Source: Octopus sinensis | Taxonomy: Eukaryota | Assembly (NCBI RefSeq): GCF_006345805.1 | Contig: NC_042997.1 | Coordinates: 154,132,001-154,196,000 of the forward strand | Reading direction: 5' to 3' | DNA: 64,000 nt | Shown here: positions 49,840 to 62,429 of the stretch, piece after piece | Numbering within the stretch: the stretch's first letter is position 1 | Layout of the letters: the number at the start of each line of letters is the position of its first letter | Made by a program: the position numbers and the translations under genes | Notes under the pieces: model-generated | Told to the model about the DNA's origin: nothing | The model's database searches: none | Seen by the model: the letters and a program-made list of their open reading frames with translations, nothing else

Positions 49840-51170
49840 AATGTGGATCTCATCCCAGACCAGATCCTTCTTCCAGTCAGATTAGATGGAAGAAAAGCAA
49901 AGTGCCACCTTTGCTTTTCACCTGAGCATTTAAAAGCCGACTACCCTAAACAAAACGAAAAAGAGAGTGTCGGGTACCTCTCCTGTCTACACCAACAACG
50001 GCCACCAGAATTCCAGCGACAACAGCAGCAGCACCATCAGCAGATTCAGCTGTAGCACGATCAACACCAACACCAACAACCATACCGACACCGTATTCAC
50101 CCAAACACTTCTCAGCGCCCGAAGATATTCCATTTCCCGCTGAGGAGCGGGTGGACATCACAGCTGAAGAAACGGACCGCGATGAAGAGTGGCAGTTAAA
50201 AACAAAAGAACGTTAGAAACAAGAGGAAAAACAAACATACAGACAAACAACATCAGCAGTCTTCATCTACACTAGAAGTGGAAAGGAAAAGATCAAAACA
50301 ACAAAAACAAACACTGCATCGACACCATCATCTCTAACTCCTGAAACACAAGCCATTCCACACACGCAACCACAACAATCACAACCACAACCATCACTAC
50401 CACAACAATAACAGCAACAAACACAAATTAAAGACAGTAACATTACGAATTACATGGCAATAAACTAAAAAAAATGATTAATTAATAAACTATATATCAT
50501 GCACAAACATTATACCAAAAGATTTTGTCATATCCACATTCTCCCTACCTGCAAACATACAAATCATTCAAACAATGCAAAACATATACACACACTTAAA
50601 AACCCAATTCCCACAGGAAATCGAAGATTTCCGAGGGAATGTCACCAAGAGAATTCTTGGTGATTTGCTGTTGGGAACACACCAAGCCAACAGGAAGGAC
50701 GAGCAATCCACCCCTCCAAATAAAACCAAGTAAGTTTCCCCTTTCTTTTCTTCTCTTTTTCCGACAACATGCTCGTGTAAAAAGTAGGCAGTGTGAATGA
50801 CCGTTGCCTGGGGTCATTTTTAGAAGCGGGTTTACCTGCTCAACGACCTCAAGGAGCTGAATGTCAATGTGGTGGCCATTAGCGAAACCAGAATTTCCGA
50901 CTCACGGGAATTCCGACCTATTTTAGGTGACTACGAGGTGTACGCATCTCCAAGTCGTCCGGGAGCGGGAGGCGGAGTCAGCGTAATGGTTTGGAAAAAT
51001 CTGTGTCTTGCAATACAGACAATCTTCCTGGATCTGGAAGTCGGTGGTACTGGATGTGACAGACAGCGAAGGACATATTTTCAGGCTAGTTGCCGTCTCT
51101 GCACTAATAGGGACAGGACGACCAGATTTCTTCAGACGACTGGAAACTTTCCTAAGAACGTCCCACTCTG
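49840..51170 (+). mobile_element. Third Tx1-family remnant (ORF1 end plus ORF2 APE start)
   Basis: GRKAKCHLCFSPEH knuckle; YLLNDLKELNVNVVAISETRI..SRPGAGGGVSVMV..FRLVAV. Confidence 0.85.
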
Positions 51171-51363
51171 GAAATTTCGAAAGAAATTTTCTTATTCGTA
51201 TTAAATTTAAGCATTTGCAGAAGATTTTCTTTAAAAATATTCATTTTTCCGAAGGAAACAAATCGACTCGGGAGAAGTTCCGAAACTCCTACTCCAACCT
51301 TAGAAATATATTTTGAGCACAAGTTCTATTATAATCTACACCTTCTGAAGCGTATTTATGACA

Positions 51364-51733
51364 AACTAGCAGTATCGCCCGGCGTTGCTCGGGTTTGTAA
51401 GGGAAATAACTATAAAGCATTTTTAGAGAGTTATAGCCAAAAATGGAAAAATATGATGGTAAATTTTTTTTAGTTAAAAAGGTCGAGTTGCGTCCCCTAG
51501 ACAGTCTGTGGTTTGTGTTTCTGATTCTCGACCCCATGTCGAATTTATCGATTTTTTTCAGAACTGGGGGAACTTTTCAAAATTTTCGCTGCGTTAGTTT
51601 TGAATTATGACATTGGGCTATGTGTGTGTCAAGTTTCATCAGAATCGGTTGAAAGCCGTGGTCAGGGTGAGGGTATAAGCAAACAGACACACAGAAACAC
51701 ACACAGACAAACTGCCGTTTATATATAGAGAGA
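51364..51733 (+). mobile_element. Non-autonomous Helitron-like repeat
   Basis: Same 5' end as 2109; 3' end acacagacaaactgccgtttatatatagagaga. Confidence 0.5.
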
Positions 51734-52734
51734 TTTCATTGAAAAATATCTATTTTTCTGGAAGTTATAAAACAAACAAATTCGGTGGGTACGAATGTGG
51801 AAGTATGACTCATAAGCTACAAAATTATAGTTGATGCTTTTGTTGTAGTTGTCTACAGTGTTGCTGTTGTCATTGTAGTTTGTTTAGTACGTGACAGCTA
51901 TGAAAACCCTCACAACACCCAGATATGATCGCAATTAAAAAACTGAATCAGATTAAAAAAAAAAAAATTACTATCATATTATACATTATGTTGTTTGTCT
52001 TTTTAAAAACTGTAATGTATGATCTGAAAAAATATAGGCTGCATTTGCAAGCAAGTCACGCGACCACGTCTCGTTGATGTACCTTCATGTAGTCTAGCTA
52101 GTCTGATATCGACTGTTCCAATGACCATAGGACTAGTAAGCTATGATTAGCTAACGTAGACTATGAGTTACTCAATAACCATAATGTGACAATACCCCAT
52201 ATAATATACATATACAAGCTATGATAGTTGTTTAACTTCTTGGTTAATACTGATCGAGCAGTCCCACAAATACACACACACACACACACACACATACATA
52301 CACACATGCATGCACACCTATGCATATACACAGACAGACACACATATGCTATGCACATCTATATATGCACATCTATATGTATGTATATGTGTGCGCGTTT
52401 CACTGTATACGAAGTGTAGGTTTCTGCGCGCGCGTGCTTTTCTTAATGTTTCCGAGGATTACCTGAAACTGAAGTTATCCGTCTGTTTTGTTTTTGACTT
52501 TAGCCATATGCTTATATCTTATTTTTTAATTTTCTTTTTCTTTTGTAGGAAGGGTAGCAATTAGAGCAGTAATGTTCTCTAGGCCACAAAGGGTGAATGC
52601 TTATTGCTAAAACTATGAATAACTATGAGTTATGTCTCCCTCAAATCACAACTTACTCGCTTAAATAAAAGGACTCATTGATTAATATGGTCCAAGACAA
52701 TGTGTCTGAATAATAATCCTTTCTTATTATAGGC

Positions 52735-52930
52735 ACAAAGATTGAAATTTTGAGGGAGGGGGGATAATCGATTGCATTGACCCCAGAACAAAACTTGTGT
52801 TTATTTTGTCGACCCCAAAAGGATGAAAGGCAAAGTCAACCTCGGCGGAATTTGACCTCAGCACGTACAGACGGATGAAATGCTGCTAAGCATTTTTACC
52901 GGCGCGGTAACGATTCTGTCAGTTCGCCGC
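52735..52930 (-). mobile_element. SINE family B
   Basis: gaccccaaaaggatgaaaggcaaagtcaacctcggcggaatttga..gttcgccgcc. Confidence 0.85.
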
Positions 52931-53107
52931 CATACACAACAACAACAACCACAATAACAACGATAATAATGATTATGATGATGATAATAATGGTGATGAT
53001 GATGATGATGATGAGGAGGAGGAGGAGGAGGAGGATATCTTCTATATATATATATGTATATATATAGAAGATATTCTCCTCATCATCTTCCTCATACGTG
53101 CTATATA

Positions 53108-53174
<67 letters not shown>
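52930..53174. repeat. (AAC)/(GAT)/(GAG)/(TA) compound repeats
   Basis: Direct inspection. Confidence 0.93.
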
Positions 53175-53175
<1 letters not shown>

Positions 53176-53177
<2 letters not shown>

Positions 53178-54915
53178 TGATTTGATTGATTGATTGATTC
53201 ATTCTAGTTTCAGCTTATGAGCTGTGGCCATGCTGGGGCACCGCCATTTGGTGTTGCTACTTGGTTTCACTTCATGAAGGCTTTCTAGCAACTGCTATTT
53301 GGTGCATGAGAGAGTTCGATGCAGCTGCCCTCATCTGCCCCTCCTGCCGTGAAGTTGGTTCATCTGGGACACCTGACAAGAAGAGATCCAGCTTCATTTT
53401 AAAGACATCTGCATCCACCCCATGCAGGTCTCTCAGGTTCTTCGGGAGGATATTGAAGAGCTGTGGGCCTCGGAAGCTCAGGCTATCACAGAATCTTGTC
53501 CTACATCTTGATGGCAAGTTTGGAGTCCTAGGCACCACGCAGTGGCGCCTAGTTCTGGCATTTGCGTAACTCTCGATGCCAAAGTTCAGGACACTTCCCT
53601 CCAGGATCTTCCAGATGTATATTATGGCATATCTTTCCCGCCTACGCTCCAGGGAATATAGTTTTAATCTCTTGAGTCTTTCCCAGTAGCTTACATTCTG
53701 CATAGAGGCTATCTTCTTCGTGTAGCTACGTTGGATCGCCTCGAGCTCTGTGATCAACTTGACACTGGATGGTGACCATAACTGAGAGCAGTAGTCAAAG
53801 TGGCTTAGGACAAGTGTCCTCCAGAGGACCATCATGGTTTCTTGTTCTCTTGTTCTAAAGGTTCTGAGGATCCATCCGGCCAGTCGTCTACATTTCATTG
53901 CCAATTTAGCAACATGTACACGAAAGGTCGCGTCATCACTCATGTAAATACCTAGGTCACGCACTGATTGTGCCTCTGGGATTGCTATTCCTCCGGGTCC
54001 AGTGTATTGATTGGGTATTGCATTCAGTTTTGCATGCTGATAGTATAGAGCTTGAAACTTTTCAGCATTGAACTGCATGCTATTCTTTTCGGCCCACTTG
54101 TATATTTTGTCTAGCTCACATTGCAGGTGTTTAGTGTCCTCAGGGTTCTGTATTGCCTGTGAAACTTTTGTATCATCTGCATAACTTGTGATCGTGGCTC
54201 TCTGCGTGGCTGAGGGCATGTCTGAGAGGGCCATTATGAACAGTAGTGGTCCCAGAACAGTGCCCTGCGGAACACCGCTCACTATTTGCGTGTTAATGGA
54301 AGTGGCCCCATTGGCCACTACCACCTGACTTCTATCTTTCAGAAAGTCATGAAGCCATTCTCCCAGTTTTCCAACTATGTTGAGATCACGCAGTTTGTGA
54401 CATATCATTCCATGATCGACTTTATCAAAGGCCTTTGCAAAGTCGAGATATATCACTTCCACATTTGAGTGGTTGAGCAGCCGTTTCAGCACCCAGTCAT
54501 AGTGTTGTAGGAGCTGAGTTAAACAGCTTCTCCCTGGTCGGAAACCATGTTTGGTATCGGGCAGCAAGTCATTCTCTTCAAGGAAGGTGATCAGCTTCCT
54601 TCTGACTATTCGTTCCATGACCTTGCTGATGTGTGAGGTCAGAGAGATAGGTCTATAGCTCTGCTACCTCCTTTATGAATGGGGCATATTTTACCTTCTT
54701 TCAGTTTTCTTGGGAGTTTGCCAGCTGCAAGGAAGCTCTGAAAGAGGAACTGCAGTGGTCTTGCTAGGACTCTCTTACATGCTTTTAGGAGGATTGCCGG
54801 GAATCCATCGGGGCCAGTAGCTGAGTCTGTTTTCATTTCATCTATAGCCTTGATTACATCGTCTTCCTTTATATCGATGTAATCTATCGTCGCCGCCTCT
54901 GATTTTATATCTGCA
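53176..54915 (-). mobile_element. 5'-truncated CR1-type LINE (second family) with (ATCA)n tail
   Basis: 448-aa ORF 53272..54618 (YLDFAKAFD, VPQGTVLGP, YADD, FDYCSQLWSP) plus GPDGFPAILLK upstream across a frameshift. Confidence 0.92.
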
Positions 54916-55158
54916 GTGGTAAAAAAAGTCAGTATATATACACTAAGGTTTAAAAAAAATTGATAGCGTTCCCTTCATCATATACGCAGTCATCAACATT
55001 CTGTGAAAATGTCTTATTGATGTGTTGGGTTTCTTTCATTCTCTGATGAGAAGATTGCATTGTTTTACATAATTTTATTCCTTCTGGAGTAAAACCAATG
55101 TTTACTTCGAAACATATGTCAGAAGTAAGATTTGAATAACACCTGCGTTTAACTCCAT

Positions 55159-55432
<274 letters not shown>

Positions 55433-55436
55433 ATAT

Positions 55437-55585
55437 GACTGACTTCTTTCAGTTTCTGTTTTCCAAATCCACTCACAAGATTTTGGTTGGCCTGAGGCTA
55501 TACTAGGAGACACTCGCCCAAGGTGCCACGCAGTGGGACTGAACCCGGAACCATGTAGTTGGGAAGCAATTTCTTTACCTAAGCC
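55437..55585 (-). mobile_element. SINE family A, partial
   Basis: cttctttcagtttc..aaggtgccacgcagtgggactgaacccggaacc. Confidence 0.85.
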
Positions 55586-55645
55586 TGCATTATATATTAA
55601 ATGAATGTTATGTATTAAATAAACAAATAATATTTACTATTGCAG

Positions 55646-55908
55646 GCACAAGTAAGTTCTGTTCCAATCTACTCCAGTATGAAGCATCGAAATTTGCGGT
55701 CATATACCAAGGTCCTGTGCGGAGCTTTTGCTCTCGCTACGTTCTTTTACATGCTGATGGGAGTCTTTGGATCATTGTCGTTCGGCTCTGAAGTGCACAG
55801 TGATATCCTCCTTTCATACAAAAACCCAGACGTACCAGTATTGATAGCAGTCATCCTACTTGCTGTCAAGGGAATTAGCAGCTACACAATTATATTCTTT
55901 CCAGGAAG
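55646..55908 (+). CDS. SLC38A7-like: SLC38A7/8-like exon 7 (TM6-TM8)
   Basis: ttgcag|GCA CAA; AQVSSVPIYSSMKHRNLRSYTKVLCGAFALATFFYMLMGVFGSLSFGSEVHSDILLSYKNPDVPVLIAVILLAVKGISSYTIIFFPG(R); donor AG|GTATGT. Confidence 0.95.
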
Positions 55909-55976
55909 GTATGTATATGCATAAGTTTGTGTAAGCGTGCATGCATGCGTGTGTGTGTGTGTGTGTAAGTGTGTGC

Positions 55977-56023
<47 letters not shown>

Positions 56024-56738
56024 CATGTGTGTATGCGTGACTTTATGAGTGTATTCTTATATCTTTTCTTCTGGAAAGGAGACAGTGCTCATGACTCTTT
56101 ACAGGGTCTCCGAGGTTCTATGTGTGTGTTTGTGTGTATATATAATATAAATAAGCAAAATATGCAACATGTATATCCAAGGTAGAGTAGTACAATTTCA
56201 TGCTTCTTCATTTTATTAAACACTGTAAGTATTAAATCTGTTTTAAAATGTCGAGAAATCTTCAGTCACTTATAGAAATTTCCAATTAAACGGACAATGC
56301 ACATTCTTATCCATATTTCATTTACCAACATTATAAAGAGGGTAGATATACAGACAGAGAGGTTGATTTCATTCTTAAGAACATGATAGTAGTATGTTCA
56401 CTCTCTGACTGTAGATTTTATCATTGAGTTCACTTTGTTATTTAGATCTATCAGTGGGGAGGGGTTTTTATTCTTGGTTGAATGGAGACAAACAAGAATT
56501 TTTTCTATTTATAGATATAGGAAGGGGTAGTACAAATGTCAAAACCATAAACCCATTCCCATTTTGAAGAATTCAGTTTAGATATATTTGAATGTATTAT
56601 AGCAAAAAGCTAGTAGGTTGAAGTTAGAGGGGTAGGAGGAATATAGACTACTAGTGCTCTAGAGGTTTTCAATGTCCCTTACCATTTAACATCCAGATTC
56701 CATATTAAGGAATTTAAGTAAATATTTAACGGCGTAAA

Positions 56739-57134
56739 TAAAAATTGTTTAGCACGTGTTGATATCACACTGAAAGTTTCTAACTGAATAAATTTCAAAG
56801 TTTGAATTACGCACGTGGTGGTCAGTGGTCATTCTGATTGGTGTATGTAATCGCGGTGATGGTCATGGGGGTTCATTTGTGCAGATTTTGGTGTGATTTC
56901 TTTTTTAAAAACAATAATGAATAATGCAAGAATAAATATATTCTTGCATTATTCATTATTGTTTTTAAAAAAGAAATCACACCAAAATCTGCACAAATGA
57001 ACCCCCATGACCATCACCGCGATTACATACACCAATCAGAATGACCACTGACCACCACGTGCGTAATTCAAACTTTGAAATTTATTCAGTTAGAAACTTT
57101 CAGTGTGATATCAACACGTGCTAAACAATTTTTA
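56739..57134. repeat. 396-bp near-perfect palindrome directly upstream of the Merlin ORF
   Basis: Arms read as exact reverse complements around a 4-nt centre (aata). Confidence 0.93.
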
Positions 57135-57136
57135 AT

Positions 57137-58042
57137 ATGGCTTTTGCATATCCAAGTTCAAGAGGAATTAGTCACCGCGATATTGCCGTCTCCACTGCTA
57201 CAACAGCAGATAGCATTAATTGGCTTAAGAGACATGGCCTTTTGAATACCCAGAAAATATGTACATCGTGTGGAGCTACCATGAGAGAAGTAACGAAAAA
57301 AAGTATATCTGATGAAATAATATGGTCGTGTGGAAGACCTTGTAGAAAATCCGTGTCAATTAGAAAAGGAACATTTTTAGAAAATAGCAAATCGAAGTGT
57401 CAACAGATCATAGATATTTTGTTTTACTGGGCCAAAGAAGATTTAGCAAAAGGAATAGGACAGGAATGTCATTTAGCAAATGTAGCGGTAACCGATTGGA
57501 GGAATTTTTGCCGCGATGTATGTGCAGAATATTATGTTGCACAGAATATTAAACTGGGAGGACCCAATAGAATCGTTGAAATAGATGAAACTGCGTTTGT
57601 TAAGAGAAAATATCATGTTGGCCATCGGGTTAAAACGCAATGGGTGTTTGGTGCATTAGAAAGAGATAGTAGAAGATGTATTTTAGTGGCAGTTGAAAAT
57701 CGAACAGCGGACACTCTATTACAGATTATACGCGAGCGTATATTGCCTGGTACAACAATAATATCCGACCTTTGGCGTTCGTATAATACACTCAGTCAGC
57801 TAGGATACAGACATTTGACCGTGAATCATTCTATAAATTTTGTTGATCCGGTAACATTTGCCACAACCAACCACATAGAATGTTTATGGAAACACGTAAA
57901 GACTCGAAATAGGAGAGAATGTGGAACAGCCAGAAATTTACTTCAGACCCATCTCATCGAATTCATGTGGCGCTATGAATTTAAGGATGATATATTCGGG
58001 AAGTTGATAGAACAAATTCGACAGCTATATCCATGTATTTGA
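57137..58042 (+). CDS. Merlin (IS1016/IS1595-like) DDE transposase, intact 301 aa
   Basis: Zn-ribbon CTSC..CGRPC; VEIDETAF.KRKYHVG; QWVFG; ILPGTTIISDLWRSY; HLTVNHSINFVDP; TNHIECLWK. Confidence 0.93.
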   Translation: MAFAYPSSRGISHRDIAVSTATTADSINWLKRHGLLNTQKICTSCGATMREVTKKSISDEIIWSCGRPCRKSVSIRKGTFLENSKSKCQQIIDILFYWAKEDLAKGIGQECHLANVAVTDWRNFCRDVCAEYYVAQNIKLGGPNRIVEIDETAFVKRKYHVGHRVKTQWVFGALERDSRRCILVAVENRTADTLLQIIRERILPGTTIISDLWRSYNTLSQLGYRHLTVNHSINFVDPVTFATTNHIECLWKHVKTRNRRECGTARNLLQTHLIEFMWRYEFKDDIFGKLIEQIRQLYPCI

Positions 58043-58138
58043 GCATAAGTATCAAGACAGAATGAGTATCGCATTTATTTTTAAACTTAACTTCAAGTTT
58101 ATATTTTGATAATCTCACCGTTGAAAATGATATTTGAA

Positions 58139-58278
58139 AATAATTTGCGTTTATTAATTTGATATATTTGATTTTTACATTCTAAATAATTTGCGTTTAT
58201 TAATTTGATATATTTGATTTTTACATTCTAAATAATTTGCGTTTATTAATTTGATATATTTGATTTTTACATTCTAAA
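58139..58278. repeat. 3 x 46-bp tandem repeat downstream of the Merlin ORF
   Basis: Unit aataatttgcgtttattaatttgatatatttgatttttacattcta. Confidence 0.93.
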
Positions 58279-59119
58279 TTCATTTTTCGAAAACTTCATG
58301 TAAAAAATAAGAGAAATGCTATTGATATTTAAAATGTATGAATTTTTTTCTGAAAAATGTACACACGTACACATTTTATATCTATTATATGTGTGTGTGT
58401 GTGTATCTATCTATCTATCTGTATGTATGTATATAATGTATAGTGGTTAAGAAAAAAGACCGATAGAATAAGTTCTGGGGTCGATTTGTGCGACTAAAGG
58501 CGGTAAAAATACATGTATATATTATATATATGTATGTATTAAATATATATATATATATGTATATATACATGTATATTATATATATGTGTGTATGTATGTA
58601 TATATATATACATACATACATACATACATACATACAAGCTTTTACTTGCATTTCAGTGGTACGTAAATAAACGGCGTAAATAAACGAAAGACGACGTAAA
58701 TACACGAAGTTGACGTCTGACGTCAGATTTCTCTACTTTCACTTCTGACACCCAAAGGCATGACAGTGCCGAATGACCGAATGTAAATGTGATTGTTTCA
58801 TTTTTCATATCTATCTAACTCCGAAACGCGTCTACAGTTAATCAAATGCCGAGTGAATTTCGTTGTTTTTCCTCTCTGCCTACGTGAATTGTTTTTGAGT
58901 ATATGTTGTCTGAGAGTTTCTTCTTATAGTAGAAGAAATAGCTAGATTCTTTGGCTGCTATTTCTAATGTTCGGTATGCGGTGAAGCAAATTTTTTTGCT
59001 GAACCCTAATTATAATTATACTCATAATTATAAAAAAATATTGTTCAAGTTTACTGAAAATGGTCCTTTTAACATGCCGAATACTACTTGGTGGAATTAT
59101 TATAAATTAATTAATTTAT

Positions 59120-59253
<134 letters not shown>

Positions 59254-59342
59254 AATATTATTTTAAAAACATTTCTCTTAATATAAGTATGCAAATATTC
59301 TTTTAAAAAAACTTTTCTTTTAACTTTTCCAGCATTTAATTT

Positions 59343-59506
59343 TGACACCTTGGGTAAGTGTCTTTTATTATAGCTGACCCAAAGCCTTGTGAGGGGATAT
59401 GGTAGACAGAAACTGAAAGAAGCCCGTCGTATATATGTGTGTGTGTGTTCATTTGTCATCGCACCATCGCTTGACAACCGATGTTGGCGTGTTTACGTCC
59501 CAGTAA
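59343..59506 (+). mobile_element. SINE family A, partial
   Basis: accttgggtaagtgtctt..aaactgaaagaagcccgtcg..tgacaaccgatg. Confidence 0.8.
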
Positions 59507-60327
59507 CTATATATATATATATGTATATTGCATTTTTGAAGTGGAATAAGTGTTCACTTAGCATGTTTTGGAAGTTGTTAATATTATTATTGCTGATAGG
59601 ACTATATTTTGCTAAATAAAAATATATTTAATTGACGAGACTTGTAAGCATTCCTAGAAAACGATATGTTTTGGCCAAAACGACTTATCGATACAGGAAG
59701 TTCTACTTGTGAAATGAAACTCATATAAGTAGACATGGTTGACTGAAAGCTTGCTGCTGTACTGATTTGTAAGTCTTTACTTACAAATAGCTGTTTTGTA
59801 GGAGTATTTTTCTGTGCCGGTTGAGAAAATTATTTATGTATATCACTCTGTTCAACATTTAACAGAGCTCTCTGGTTCAATGGAGGAAGCAATACTTTCT
59901 GAAAAACAACATAAAATATAACTTTAAAAAAATCTGTAATTCGATTGAGCCATTTTAATCCTAATGTAAATATTTTGTTTTAGTTTGTATGTAACTGAAA
60001 TTTAATAACGGAATAAATTACGTTAAATTTTAGATTAACAAACCTTAATGGTCAAGGCAATAAAATGAAGTTACATTATATTTTCTGGTCAGATCAGTAG
60101 TTATGGTGCGTTACCTAATGGTTCACGATCATAAAATTGTGCATTCAGTGTCAGAGTGGACGGAGTGTTATGTCCTTGAGCAAGTCGTTCTCTCGATCTC
60201 TCTGCAGTAGTCACATTGTGTATGCGTTGCTGAGTCAAATGTGAGAGTGTCGAGATGGTATCTATACCTGCTCACGATTCCACCGGCACCTAAAACAGTT
60301 AGCGAAAGCATGGTACATGTTGCCAAA

Positions 60328-60555
60328 CGGCGGGCTGGCAGAAACGTTAGCACGCCGGATGAAATGCTTAGCGGTATTTCGTCTGTCGTTACGTTCTGAG
60401 TTCAAATTCCGCCGAGGTTGACTTTTCCTTTCATCCTTTCGGGTCGATAAATTAAGTACCGGTTCCGCACTGGGGTCGATGTAATTGACTTAATATCTAT
60501 GTTTGTCCTTGTTTGTCCCCTCTATGTTTAGCCCCTTGTGGGTAATAAAGAAATA
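60328..60555 (+). mobile_element. SINE family B
   Basis: ggcgggctggcagaaacgttagcacgcc..tacgttctgagttcaaattccgccgagg. Confidence 0.9.
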
Positions 60556-60735
60556 GGTACATTTTACCAAACTATACTCGATCGTGGGCAATGGCTGGCT
60601 CTAGAATTTGGAGTGATATAATTGAAATTTAAGAGTGGGCTAAGAATTACCCTATCGAAAAGTTTTTGCTTTTTTTTTTTTCTGCATTTTCAATAATCAG
60701 TCAAAAGTTCCTATAACCCTTTTAGTATTTTTCAG

Positions 60736-60935
60736 ATCTGCTGTCCGGAGCTTATGGTGTCAATACTGGAAATTTTCCGATGAAGAAACAGAACGAAAAG
60801 AAAATATTCATACTATCGTAATTACATCGTTCTGGATCGCCTCTAATACTTTGATGGCTATGTTATTATCAAATATTAGATATTTTATCTCATTTTTGGG
60901 ACCATTCGCCTCTACCCTTACGTTTATACTCCCAG
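60736..60935 (+). CDS. SLC38A7-like: SLC38A7/8-like exon 8 (TM9-TM10); final exon outside window
   Basis: tttttcag|A TCT; RSAVRSLWCQYWKFSDEETERKENIHTIVITSFWIASNTLMAMLLSNIRYFISFLGPFASTLTFILP(G); donor G|GTATGT. Confidence 0.92.
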
Positions 60936-61264
60936 GTATGTCTGGCTTCCAAATATTTTATTTGTATCTTACCGAAAAAGTTGTCTAAAATATCCTAAAG
61001 CAATTCTTTGCCAATTTTTAACATCTTGTGATACAGTATTAATTCTAGAAAGCACCAGACAAGCTATAGCGCATTTCAGTGGTGTTATGAAAGAGATTCT
61101 GAGTTTTTGTCAAAAATGTAAGAAAATATAAAATTGTGCAGAATATTCAGAAACCAAATTATATTCAACCCTAAATTACTGTTAATAAATTCAATGCGTT
61201 ATTCTTTTGATGCATTTCGGCCATGCATCTGCACTCATGCAGGAAAGCCACTGTGGAAAAAATT

Positions 61265-61336
61265 AGGTTCTACCGAAACTGGAAATCAGATTGTTGGATT
61301 CAGAGCCCAAAGTGATAACCATTACACCATAGAATC
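61265..61336 (-). pseudogene. tRNA-Gln(CTG) pseudogene
   Basis: Reverse complement GATTCTATGGTGTAATGGTTATCACTTTGGGCTCTGAATCCAACAATCTGATTTCCAGTTTCGGTAGAACCT; 72 nt, colinear with the metazoan tRNA-Gln-CTG consensus; T-loop/B-box broken. Confidence 0.8.
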
Positions 61337-61689
61337 AGTTTTATAGCTAAATTCAAATTAAATTCGTCATACAGTTAGCATATTTGCTGCAAACTTGATT
61401 TCATACACCAACTTGTATTAAAATCACTAACTAGCGAGAGAGCTTCTACGTGATCGCTTACTCTACTAGAAATAGCAACCAAATTTTTCATAAGCCACAC
61501 TCTGCGGCCTGAAATAAATATATTGAATAATGCAGTTCCTATACAAAAACACGATATTATCATTTTTGGAGCACCTTTAATCAAAAGTCTTCTTCGTTAG
61601 TGCTGAACAGAATCTAAAATCAAGAACAACACAGAAAGCACAGCAACTATTTTTCTCGTTCATAAAGCACAAATCTCACATCCTTTATC

Positions 61690-62240
61690 ACAGACTCCAC
61701 ATACATACATAGTGGTGGAAATCAACTGCTCGGCAGATGTTAACATGAAGCTAATGATCAGAGAAAAAGAAAATACCTACGCTGAACTATTGGGAAATCT
61801 ACAGTTACTCTACCCAGATTATAAGTTCACATTAATACCTATAATTATTGGGGCGCTAAGATAGATAACACACTGCCTATGTACCAATCTTGAGAAATTA
61901 AGCTTCTATAATCAGAAAGGAGAAAGCTGATCCGAAGACTACAGATCCAAGCCATCACTGGAACTATGAGTCTGTAAAACTTTCCAGAAGTTTATCAGTT
62001 AAATAGTTATGTTCATGTCTAGACATGCAATTATATGTCTGAGAATACACACATAAAACAAAATATACAAATCTGTACATGTACTGACTCCAAATACTGC
62101 ACATGTATGCATACACATGCAGAAATACCCTGTTGATGTTCAAATTTCAGTGAATGAGCTTTGGCTCTAGGTTAAAAACCGGCTTTTTTTCTATTAACAA
62201 GAAATCTTGAAATAAACTGAATTATGACAGACAAACAGAT
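61690..62240 (+). mobile_element. R4/Dong-type LINE 3' end fragment
   Basis: VVEINCSADVNM..REKENTYAELL..LYPDYKFTLIPIIIGAL; same type as 27580..28860. Confidence 0.7.
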
Positions 62241-62429
62241 AGACATAGAGCTACTAAATACATTATCAAAGAATACTGGTGTCCATTAAAAAAAAATATT
62301 ACTTATCCAAGATGGTAAATTGGCAAGATTTTAAAACGAATCACTTTGCAATGCTCATTTCAGCTCTTTGACTTCTGTAGCCTACTTGGGTGTAGTTTGT
62401 TATCTTGTTTCACATCACCAAAGAGGCAG

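Noticed and set aside
51825-51930. Hydrophobic stretch IVDAFVVVVYSVAVVIVVC as a transporter exon
   Set aside because: Acceptor phases do not fit, it runs into TGA without a donor, and exons 5-7 already join in phase.
53035-53082. Short hairpin gaggatatcttct..agaagatattctc
   Set aside because: Small and centred on a (TA)n tract; explicable by slippage or fold-back of simple repeats.
58139-58278. 3 x 46-bp repeat as a CRISPR array
   Set aside because: Head-to-tail with no spacers, no cas genes, eukaryotic context.
58820-58840. GAAACGCGTC hammerhead-like 3' half
   Set aside because: No CUGANGA core or stem II upstream.
62125-62185. ctgttga..tgaatgagc..ggttaaaaaccggc as a further hammerhead
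   Set aside because: The core and GAAA are too degenerate to support.
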